Source: Sphagnum compactum (lineage: Eukaryota). Taken from it: a stretch of DNA of 64,000 bases. Location of the stretch: the NCBI GenBank assembly GCA_965153455.1, contig OZ234493.1, forward strand, positions 26,712,213-26,776,212. Reading direction: 5' to 3'. Positions 52,841 to 64,000 of the stretch are shown here, piece by piece. Position 1 is the first letter of the stretch; each line of letters opens with the position of its first letter. The position numbers and the translations under genes were made by a program. A model generated the notes under the pieces. That model was not told the DNA's origin, made no database searches, and was given only the letters and a program-made list of their open reading frames with translations.

Positions 52841-54565
52841 GACATATACATCAATCATTCCCAATGGCGAAACTGCCTCATACCTTGTGAAAACCATACC
52901 TAAACATTGACCCCCAAAAAAAAAGTAAATGCACGTAATTTTGCACTAGAGGAAATTTTTTGTATCCTAAACTTTACTCTATAATTTACATGCAAGTAGC
53001 CTTCTGGCCTCAACACTTTCTGGCTACCACCCTAGGAAAAACCAGATTCTGTTATAGCGTACCCATGGTCACAATCTGGACCTAACCTTCCAAACTATAT
53101 ATTGAGAGCTAATCTGGATTCAGGACAACGAGAATTCCCATTTTGTTTGGTTTGAATCTCATTTCAATCTTGGCGATTGGAACAAAGGATAGAGGCTTTT
53201 TCTTTAACCAGATTGACAAGATCCATCATAATCTATTCAAATAAAGGTTAAAGCCAAAGTCTGACCAAGGATTTTGTCCTTACTTAATCAAGGATTGGGT
53301 TAGTGGGCAGCTAGTTCGAATGTCAATCTATTTGTGCTAGTTTATGTTGAGTAACCTGGCTTGAGGTCAAGCATTTGGATGTGTTAACACCCAATATTGA
53401 TGGGCTATGGTTACATATTTGACATGCCAAGGGTCCTTTTCTTCAAAATAGTGTACATTGTATAATTTTGTGTAGTATTTCACAAATATTGCACCTGGTC
53501 AACATTACTCTTTTCATATTGTTTTTTAAACATCATTGTTTTTTCGATTTTTTGTATGTCGTCTTAAATTTTTTTGGTCTTTCAAACTCATTTTGGACAC
53601 TGTAGTTGTTTTCTTAATTCAATCCACAGGTTTAATTGTTTTGCACTATTGTTAAGTTCACTTAGTCGAAACAATTTAAGATTGAACAATGACATGAATT
53701 TTCTGTGCAATGCAATTGTTTGTAATGGTGTAGAACATAGGTGTTACACATGTTTTAGCAGATAATCCATTGAAATTTGTGATAACAATGATATAAAGCC
53801 CACTTCTAAAATGATGTAATACTTCCAATATAGGGAAGAGGTTCTTTGTCCAATTTGGTTGGTGTCCAAAAACATATTTTTTTGTTACATTTTATGTATG
53901 ATGATGGATTCAATTGCTTCACATTATAAAGGTCAATATTGACGACCAAAACTTTGGATGGGAAAATGTAAAAGATGACAACAATTAATTATGTTTTAAA
54001 AGGGGAGCCAAATGTTGACATAAATCCATGTTCTATTATATTTTCGACCTTGGTTGCACATGGAATATGCATAAAGAAAATTTCTGAATAGAAATGTAGG
54101 TGAAATTTGTGGGCCAATGGACAAACAATATTCCCAATAGAGATGAAAACATGGTACACTAGTCTATATACATACACCAAGATGTATGGTGGGGGTCCAA
54201 AATTCAATGTGAAAGTGAAAACGGTACTTGTGGGCAATATTGACAATTGAAAATTTTATGAGCACGTCTTCGAGAGGATGCTCTAAAATTATTCACAAAT
54301 TTTGATAATGTGTTTTGGCCGTATCAACATCAATGTACATGGACAAAACGTTGAAGTGTGCATGACCAGCCACATGCCATGTATGGGCTCATCTGACACT
54401 AAAACTAGAAGTTTCTACATTTCATGGAACAACTCAATCACCATGAATTTTTTGTGTGTCAAAGGGCATGTATAATAGAATGACTATCCTAGCACTTGAC
54501 ATAATATTATTTTGAGTATTTTTGTTTGGAACCATGACAAGTACCAATTGGCATGGGTGCACTAA

Positions 54566-54844
54566 GGCCCACTTTACACTGGGAGTTATCAAATTGGCTC
54601 CAAGTTATTAATAAATGCTAGAACATTGACGTCAGGATATTAATATAAATGCTGGAGCATTGGCCCCAAGGGTTGTAAATTGGCCTCCCAAATTTGACGG
54701 TATCCTTTTTTCAGCCTTGGGGCCAATACCAGGCCATAAAGTTCTGCATTTAAAGGCACTGGGGGCAGATTTCAACTTTTGCACCAATACGAATGCTGGA
54801 TTTGGGTTGAACATTGGCCCTGATTCCTAGTGTAAAGGAGGCCC
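54566..54844. mobile_element. PIF/Harbinger-type MITE
   Basis: Left ggcccactttacactggga versus reverse complement of the right end, gggcctcctttacactagga. TAA flanks both sides (TSD). Confidence 0.8.
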
Positions 54845-57050
54845 TAAATAGTGATTGGGAATGTCATTGGAATGCTCCAAAGGACTAGGTCAAAAGAAAG
54901 GCTGCCAATAAATCCATAAACTCTAAACCCTAAACCATTTGGCTGTGGTGTCTATCTATCCATTTGCATTGTTACTTAACATTTTGAACAGACAATCTAT
55001 TGATGCACAATTGATTTAATTCTGAAGTCATGATCTTCCTCTCTTGTACAAAATGAATGAAAATTGTAATCAGCAAAGGTTCTGCAAAATATGCAAGTCG
55101 CCAATGTAATAAGTTGTGAAGGCTTTTAGTAAATGCTTGGACGAAGCTTGCAAGTTGCCAATTGCCATAGTTGACTAGGGGAAAAAAAAAATTTAAAGAA
55201 ATTGTGAGTCCTCCCCAAACTGTCATAATAATAACTATCTTCCTGCCACAGCTGCCCTCTTTCCAACCTCCATTCTGAATGTACATGTATGTCACTTTTA
55301 TTCTGACACCTTATGTATTACAGTTTACTCCCTCTGGGCTGGGTGGTGGCTGAGTTGATGAGTTGAGTGTAGAAAGTAATAATGTCCTTGACTATTTTGT
55401 CCCCAATAGTAATTGTGGGTTGAATTTGTGTGCCTATGTCAACAATAACTTAATGGGTGGTTCTGAAACTGTGCCAGACAACAAACTGTACCACAATAAC
55501 AAAAACAAGCAACAGATTCAAAACAGAAAAGATCTCCTCTGATTTCTCTAGTGTATCTAGAGAGTACTTGCAGGGAGTAAAATCCCAATGGGCGTTTCAA
55601 AAACCATGAAGCTTCCCTACTTTGGGCACTCCATTTTCATACAGCTCCATGTCATTTTCTAAAAATTTCCATGATACCTGGCAGGTACCACAGGGAAACA
55701 AATAAAAAACAAATGTGAGGTTGCTCTTTACTCTCAGTAAAGCACATGGGTGAGGGTATTACCAAAATTGGGCAGCACTCTACTGCCACCTAACACAGGC
55801 CTTTATTTCAATAATGCCCTTGCCCTTGCGCTTTACCTTACACCAAAAGAAATTAACCCTACTAGGATAGACCAGCCAGTGACCAAACACTTATGCGCTC
55901 AGAGCAGGCTCAGTTGTTTGTGGTGTCCAAGTAAAACTTGAACCCCTCCTCTTGGTGCATCTCACAATAACACGATTGTCGAAAATGGATTAGAAATGAG
56001 AAATTACAGCCTCCCAAAGTAAAGGGGCCAAAGAACTCAAAAAAACAGACCACCAAACATTACAAAAGCTGGTTCTTGAACACCCAATAAAATCTTTGTA
56101 TGTTGTTCTATTGCTATTAGAATTCAAAGATGATTTGTAGAGCTTGAGGTGGTGCTCCCATAACATTTTAAATCAGTCAAAATGAAGCACATATGATGAA
56201 GATACAAATAAATGTTCGATCATAGGTAGGCTATTGTAGATGGGTTGGTCTACCCTAATGATGAAAAGTCAAATCATCTTATTCACAACACTTAATTGGC
56301 AAATTTTGTGTTTTCTTTGGCATAATGTGTTTATTTCCATGATTCTTATAGGATATGATCTATCTAGATTCCACCATAGATTAGTTACATAATTGACAAT
56401 TTATACAAAATAGGACACAAAAAAACACGTATTTAGTCACAGATTTTAATGAACTAGTAATGTTTAATTAAGGTGAACATATGAATGCAAAGTTTACTTT
56501 TAAGATGGGCGACCTTCCAAAATAATAACATGGTCCTTGTGGTATAGTGAAAGGCTTAGGGTCACTTCAGTTTTTTGAAGCTATACATTCGTCAAATGCC
56601 CAACTATTGCATAAAAAAAATTAGCCCATGTCATATACAAAGACTTTTCTTATGAATTATCATGTGTGAGTTATGCACATTAGTTGAAACTATGACTAAT
56701 TGATGATGATTCATCAAATTATTATTAAATTATGAAACTCGATCATCAAATAAATTATCGAACTTAATCCCTAGGTAATTACATAAAAATAAACTATTTA
56801 CATCAAGTTATAGGCCCTGCATTAAAAGAAATATCATACAAACTCTTATTTTATTTCCAAAGTGCATAAAGACATATTTACAAGATTACCCAATTTCTTT
56901 GATTCCTCATGTCCATTATTATTTTCTATACATTGACCTATCCCTAACAAATGAACTTCATGCTTTAATCAAGAAAAAAATAATGTCAAAAAATAACAAT
57001 AATGGCATTTCTTGTGTGCATACACATGTTTATACACTCATATATCTTAT

Positions 57051-57479
57051 AGCTATTTTGGGTCTGTAACTTTGTGATCTTATAGATCATATAGGAATAT
57101 ATTTGTGAGAGAAATTTCATGTCATTTGGACTTGTATTGAGAGAGATCCAAGCATCTGAAGTTTCAAGTGCAGATCTGGTTTTTTGGTCATATCTCCTTT
57201 GTTTAAGCTATTTTGGGTCTGTAACTTTGTGATCTTATAGATCATATAGGAATATATGTGTGAGAGAAATTTCATGTCATTTGGACTTGTATTGAAAGAG
57301 ATCCAAGCATCTGAAGTTTCAAGTGCAGATCTGGTTTTTTGGTCATATCTCCTTTGTTTAAGCTTTTTTGGGTCTGTAATTTTGTGATCTTATAGATCAT
57401 ATAGGAATATATGTGTGAGAGAAATTTCATGTCATTTGGACTTGTATTAAGAGAGATCCAAGCATCTGAAGTTTCAAGT
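57051..57479. repeat. About 2.8 near-identical 155-bp tandem repeats directly upstream of the gag fragment
   Basis: Units start at 57051, 57206 and 57361 (agct.ttttgggtctgtaa.tttgtgatcttatagatcatataggaatatat.tgtgagagaaatttcatg...) with only a few substitutions. Confidence 0.95.
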
Positions 57480-57517
57480 TTGAAGATTGAAAGCGCAAAA
57501 GTGTGAGAACTACCACC

Positions 57518-58267
57518 ATGGACAACTCATAATCAAACATCGATCTCACTCAAATCCTCGCCGCCCTTCAGCACCTTCAACAAGAAAATGCCGTGCTTAG
57601 AGACTCGGTGACCCGCCTACAGAATCAGCCCCCACCTCCTGCCCCAGTACTTCCTGCTCTTGCAATAGCCGCCCAAGAGCCCAAGATCAGTCTGCCAGAA
57701 AAGTTTGATGGAACGCGCCTCAAATTTTGAGGCTTTGTCAGCCAGATATGCCTGATCATGCAACTACACCCCCGTCGTTATTTGGATGACACCAGTCGTG
57801 TAGGATTCGTTGGAACCCTACTCACTAGGACAGCTGCAGCATGGTTTGCTCCCATCCTGGAAACATCATCCCCTCTCCTACAAGATTTCAACTCCTTTAT
57901 GGCGGAATTTGAAGCAGTATTTGGGGACAGTGACAAGGCCAGGACTTCAGCCAACAAGTTGCGTCGCCTCCAGCAAGGGACACGTTCGGCCATCATCTAC
58001 GCCTCAGAATTCAAGTAGCTTGCCTGCGACGTCAATTGGAGAGAAGCTGCCTTGATTGATCAGTTTCGTTGTGGGCTTCGTGATGATGTTCAAGATCTTT
58101 TGTTGACACTCGCAGACCCTTCTTCCTTCAGTGAAGCCATCACCCAGGCAATTCGGTGCGATAATCGTCTGTTCGAACGTCGCCAGGAAAAGAAAGTCAC
58201 CTCCAACGCCCAGCTTTGGAACAATCGGCCTACTACGCTCCCCTTGGTTCCCCGAACAACACCAGTT
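57518..58267 (+). pseudogene. Ty3/Gypsy gag fragment, PEG10/RTL-like capsid (chromovirus Tcn1-like), truncated
   Basis: One frame from ATG 57518: ...EPKISLPEKFDGTRLKF*GFVSQICLIMQLHPRRY...VGFVGTLLTRTAAAWF...FMAEFEAVFGD...ANKLRRLQQGTRSAIIYASEFK*LACDVNWREAALIDQFRCGLRDDVQDLL...AIRCDNRLFERRQE. Three in-frame stops (TAA, TGA, TAG) and no frameshift seen. GC-rich relative to the flanks. Confidence 0.88.
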
Positions 58268-60023
58268 GATGGGTCAATAAAGCTTGTCTTGTCTTGTAAT
58301 TCTCCACTTGTTTGTAGTCGATCCATAACAGTGGTTCAAATAAAGATAGATGAACCTTCTTTCATTCCCTTTTAAGATAACCTATACTAGGGTCTCAAAA
58401 AATAATCCTAAATTAACTCATCCCAAACATGTGATTTGGTTACATAAACCTTGACCATTGAAAATCACAAAATAACATTAACTATGCAACTAGGTGCCTA
58501 TCCCTATACATTTGATAACCTTGCGAAATATATATATGAACTTGCCACCTTGTATAAATAACACATGAATGATTGGGATTTTGCCACCATGCACAATGTA
58601 ACAATTTAAGGTTTAAATGAATGGATAAAGGCATACAAGAATTGCATTGAATCAAGTACAAAATCACATAGACAATTGTCAATATAAATGCACAAACATT
58701 TCAAGTTACAATGCACTCAATTGAAAACTTGAGATATATAATGTAACTGAAACATGATTCAATCCATACTTCACATCATTGCTAAAAGATGAATTGAATG
58801 TCAATGATATTCAAACTCCAATACGAATTTCGTTTTGTGAAAAACCCACAATCATCTATGAGCTTTCATTATCTTCCATCAAAACATCCTTACCTATGTG
58901 GTGATAACTCATGAGTATGAATGAATTACATTTTGAATCCACATCATACTTGCATAAGAGCAACAAATTTGTTCGTATACACTACAATAACTATCAAAAC
59001 CAATATCTTACCATTTTTATATTCCCTTGGGTATCACAAAATCAACAAAGCCAATAACATTCACTCGATATAAAATGTAACAATTATATTTATACACCAA
59101 AGAATGATGAAGAATTGTTCACCAAGCTCCATCACCAAGTGACTACTTGAGTTGACATTCTTATTATGAACTTACACATGTATGAACATCCAAGGTTGAA
59201 ATGATAACAATCATCATTTTTCATTTAAGGTATACACTATATAATTGATTCAAAAATTCAATCTCCCCAAAAAAAATTGAGGATGTTGTTTGATAAAGTT
59301 CACAAGAATGTCCATATGAAGAACTCTGTCACACCCTGCATATTAATGCAGTAGACCCACCATAATTCTATAATCAAGGTTCAAGGTAGAAGTTTGACAA
59401 GATTTTTTAAAAATAAACACTTGGTAACCAACTTGACTATACGCATAAAATAACATTTGTTAAGGCTCATAATAAGTAAAAGGCAAAACAAAGTTTCCCT
59501 ACTTGTGATGTTTTTCCAATTCTATCAAGTTCCATAGATGGTTTCTTACAACTACATTGCCATGGTAGTCATGCATACTTTTAGTGTGATTCAAGTTTTT
59601 TGATGCTTAATTGCAAACTAGCAAATACAAAATTGGGCAATAGATATGTTGTTTAAAAAAAAAAAAGGAATTTCAATTCAAAAGGCAATAACATTCATTT
59701 AAGAGTTGAAAATATGGCTACTAACATTTGCACAAAGTAAAAATACAAGCCACAACATTCATGAGAGTTGAATAAATGGAATTCCATGGCATTACATCAA
59801 AGGGAGAAAAAAAACCAAGTTCAATAGTACAAATCCCTTTGGGGAATTGAACCCTATTCAATAAGGACCATACCCTTTATAGCATTGGATGGACATGGCA
59901 ACACAAAACATAAGCAAACAATTGAATCAAAACAAAACTTGAACAAAAGTTGAATGAGAATGAGGAAAAAAGTTTAGAAAAGGGTTTTGCTAGTTTGTTG
60001 AGGTTTTATGTTTCTATTCCATA

Positions 60024-63000
60024 CACTAGTATAAAAACTATAATTTCCAACCAATTAGTTTGTAACTACATGCACCTAGTTGTTTGTTTGTGACTATATT
60101 AGATGTTCTTATTATTAAAAAGTTGCAATTATGTAAAATCCAATATATATAATTATTTATGCAACATTTTGCAACTAATGGTGTCAGAAAGCAACAACAT
60201 GGATGATTTTTTGTGATTTTCATCAAAGTAGACCACTTTAGACCCTTTTAGTTGCATAGGTGACCACCTTATAGTTGTGTATGCAACAAATATGCAAGTA
60301 GTGCTCTATAGTAATATATAGGTTAGGCCAAACTACTTAAATTCCTAGCTAGGTTATGTTAAGCTATGTTAGGCTACCTACCTATCTACCTACCTAGGTT
60401 AGGTTATCTACATATGTATGTTGCGTACATAGGCTATGTTAAGCTACCTACCTACATAGGCTAAATTAATTACCTCCATATTATTTACCCTCCTACCTAC
60501 CTACCTAGGATAAATTACATACCTATCTATTTCCTACCTTCTTACCTACCTAGGCTAAATAACTTACCTACCTATTTCATATATTTTGACCTACCTAGGC
60601 TAAAGTAAGTTATGTACATACCTAAACTAAGTTACCTACATACTTACTTCATTAATATACCAACATATGTACCTCCTTACTTTCCTAACCTAGATAATGT
60701 TGTATGGGATATGGGAATATTGATTTTTTTTGTTTTAGTACTTGAAGTTGTGAAAAGTGATGAGGATGCAACTGAACAAGGTAAGATTATGTTAATTCAC
60801 TTACTTACTTTCTGATTGAATCTACTTTAATTAATATCTTATATATATATATATGTTTGCTTTCCTACTTTTTTAAAATACTTGGGATTAATTTATACCC
60901 TAGATATTAAATACATCTTATTTTTTAGAATAAACATAACCTTAGTATAGAACTAAATGATTTATACGTTCTATTCAACAACCAATATATGGGACATTAT
61001 ATTTTCATTGATGTATTTTATTTGCCAATATATATCCCCCCTAGCAATTAAATAAACATCCATAATGGAAAAAAAGGTGTTTAGAAACTAACCTTGCAAC
61101 TTAGTTTTTGAGTTGCAATGACCACTTGCTAAAAGATCACCATATTTCTATGCTATATGAATGTTATTGGGCAAGTTAAAGGAGTTGTAATTCACTATAT
61201 ATATGGTGCAACTCGATTCAACTCATTGCAACTCCATTACAAACTATATCCATAACATCATGTTAATGTTATTAATTTTCATCCATCCTTTAGAATTTAA
61301 CACATGGCATGACGCGCTCCCAAGTTCCTAGTTAGACCCAAAATGGGTCTGAGTTACTTAAACAGCGGAATTGTGAGGAACTTGGGGCACGCTCCTAGCT
61401 CTCAGCACTAAAAGGGGTAGAGGGGCGTGTTGAAGCTCCAGGATGGGACTAGGAAGAGTGACAAGCTTTAATTACTCACTCAAATCTGCATCAAACCAAC
61501 CAACAAGTTGGTTAGTTCACATTTTGGATCACCTTTAATGCTAGGACAAGCCACGAGCAACTCTGGACTCACAAGACTCACCACGGCCCGGACTCGGGGG
61601 AAGCCACCACCTTCCCCTATATAGTATTCTCTGCGTCTCTCCGCAGAACCTACATCCAAATGGCTTTTTGTCCTAGGACTCCCAAGGAGGAGTCCCGAAA
61701 CTGTCCCGCTTAAACTCCTGCAACTTTGCGAGACTATAACTCTTTACTCAGACCTCCGATTGCAACGAGGTCTGAAGCAAAGATGTAGCTCTTGTCGAGA
61801 GCTTTTCAACGGTGTGTCACATTTTACCTGCACGCACCGGGGTCGGGTCGATTCCTGACTTTTAGTGGTCGAGAGTCAAACTGCCAATTTGACTCCCGAC
61901 CCTTCTTTTGACCATAACTTGTGTTACAAATGTCCAAATGACTCATGCGAGCCCATTTTCGACATCTACACTTCAATAAATTTCCAATGATATAGAGAAC
62001 TCTTCAATGCAAGGTGTTTTGGCCCCTGCAATCGAACTCTGAAATTTTTGGAGTCCCAGAGGACTCCCAAGTCCCCATTTCGGGAGTGTGAGTCTCACCC
62101 TCACACTCTCTCAAAGTAGGGTTGCGACATGGCACTATGAAAATTTTTAGATTTTTTTTTTGAAGTATTGATCTCCATCGCTTATTATGATTGTTAATGA
62201 TGGTCCAAAATTATAACACATGGCACAATACAAATATATATTTTAATAGTTAGGTAGGTCTGTACATAACCATAAGTAGGTAGGTTAATAGGTCTTAAAA
62301 CTTACATACCTACTCTACATACGTAGGTAGAAAAATAAGACCTACTTATTTACATAGGTAGGCAAGTAAATAGGAAAATACAAGACTAGGTGAATTAAAA
62401 AATAATCATGTAAATTTTATATTTTATTTTATGTTTTGCCTTTAGGGTTAAACTTTTTTGAGCTCGTCCCAAAATTACATGTGTATTTTAATGTGAAAAA
62501 AAAGAAAAGACACCTTCTTTATATAATTTGTAACATGGGGTTCAAAAACAAAACATATGGGTTAAACCCTATAGTTGTTTTTTAGTTGCAAATTGAGTTG
62601 CAACTATAGAAAGATTTTCCCACACACTTTGTGTTTATTCTTTACTATGTAAATCATAAAATTAAATTGGTAATTATACAAGTTACACTTATTTATTCAA
62701 ATTAACAATGAATTATTTAATATAGTTAATAGTTTCAGAATAATTAAATGTATTAAACATGGTTAATATTTAATAGTCAAATTATTGAAACAATAAGTTT
62801 TATAAAATATTACATATGAATTTGTATATTTATTAAGTTATAGGTTGTTGCAAATAGTCGTAACATAGTTGAACACTAGTAGTTCAATAATGGCGCATTA
62901 ATGGCCCTACCAATTGTATCAATGGGAATCATAGTACAAAATTAGTTACAAATGTATCCCATAATGGGCAATGGAAATGTGGACATGTGGCATGATCACA

Positions 63001-63220
63001 TGTATGTACATCATACACTAGTTGCAACATAGTCATTGTGTTAAAAACACATTTACAATAGTTCTAAAATAGTTGCCACATGTAACTACAATTCGACTTT
63101 AAAAAAAATCAAATATGGTTGACTACATATGTATGTAAAATGCGTACAAATCACCATACATAATACCCATTTTCAACTCACTTGCAACTATAATATAATT
63201 ACCTAATTTTTTGGTGTGGC
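60024..63220. mobile_element. Putative non-autonomous CACTA-like element hosting the solo LTR
   Basis: Begins cactagtataaaaac. gcaact/agttgc subterminal motifs are dense near both ends. An acct-rich tract (about 60370-60690) is mirrored by an aggt-rich tract (about 62250-62390). The right terminus and TSD are not resolved. Confidence 0.45.
61310..62129. mobile_element. Solo LTR (820 bp)
   Basis: Starts tgacgcg and ends gttgcgaca (TG...CA). Perfect 5-bp TSD tggca on both sides. GC- and CpG-richer than the flanks. No internal coding domains. Confidence 0.9.
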
Positions 63221-64000
63221 AATATTTATTAATTCCCCATATTTCCAAGGGGATAGTTACATAGTAGTTGTAATACTAAAGGGATAGTTACACAATACTT
63301 GTATACGGATTACTTCTTAGATTCTAATTGTAAGGTAATGTGGTTTTGGTGGACATAATTTCTCATAGTGATCAACAAATTTGGAATGGGATTTCATGTT
63401 TTCAAATTCATTTAATCAATCCACCCATGATAAAACACATATAACACCAATTTGTGCATCCCACTTATGGAAAATATGAATGACATACCACATATTCAAT
63501 GCCATTGTTTGTGTGTCATTGTATATTATTTTTTTGGGTGGTGAATTTTTGAACTTCAACAATGTCATTATCAACAAGGATTTTCAAAATGTTTTTGACT
63601 ATGATGATATCCCACTATAGAAAAAAGTCAATTGTTGAAGGAACTACACTTTTTGATTTCGTATTATGTGAGAGTTAAAGTTATTTGCTCAAACAAATAC
63701 CTATAATATTATACTAATAAAAACATAAATATATTCCAAAAGAACTAAAATGATTTAATACATTTTATGAAAATTGAAGATCTATTGAACCATGTGATCC
63801 CATGAAGTTTGAACCATGTGAAGAATTTGAAAATTTTCATATTCAAAAAAGGGTTTTTTCAAGAGAGACAATAAGTGTGGTAAATTTAAATTTTGACAAA
63901 CAATGACATCACATGGAAGGTGAGAAGCATGGAAGACATTAAACACCCCTTCACAAGCATTGTCTAGTGCAAAAAATGGTTGACAATGCTCAATTACTTG

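Noticed and set aside
57051-57479. Regular repeats as a possible CRISPR-like array
   Set aside because: The units are contiguous 155-bp tandem copies without unique spacers, there are no cas genes, and the context is eukaryotic.
58270-59300. Possible minus-strand transposase remnant (IYTRWQVH, similar to hAT 'TRW')
   Set aside because: It is a single short motif in heavily decayed AT-rich sequence, which is insufficient support.

Overview
AT-rich, intron-containing land-plant genomic DNA. The repeat style and TTTAGGG motifs suggest a moss such as Sphagnum, which is an inference. There are two spliced host genes on the + strand: an IQM-family IQ-motif (calmodulin-binding) gene with 9 coding exons (about 11410-14400) and a WBP2/UPF0664 GRAM/PH-like gene with 5 exons (18285-21117). 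The rest is mostly decayed transposable elements. These include a PIF1-helicase plus EEP-endonuclease (Helentron-like) remnant at about 2.9-4.3 kb, several MITEs with TIRs and TSDs, and a pogo DDE fragment. The main structure is a three-level nest: a full-length Copia (30287-47189) contains a full-length non-chromoviral Ty3/Gypsy (33257-45497) with an extra 3' coding region, which in turn contains a 141-bp near-perfect CACTA-ended foldback (38298-38438). Further right are a hAT transposase remnant, a GC-rich Tcn1/PEG10-like gag fragment preceded by three 155-bp tandem repeats, and a solo LTR with a perfect TSD (61310-62129) inside a CACTA-like element. I found no prokaryote-type system and no rRNA, tRNA or CRISPR. 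All alignments and translations were done by eye.
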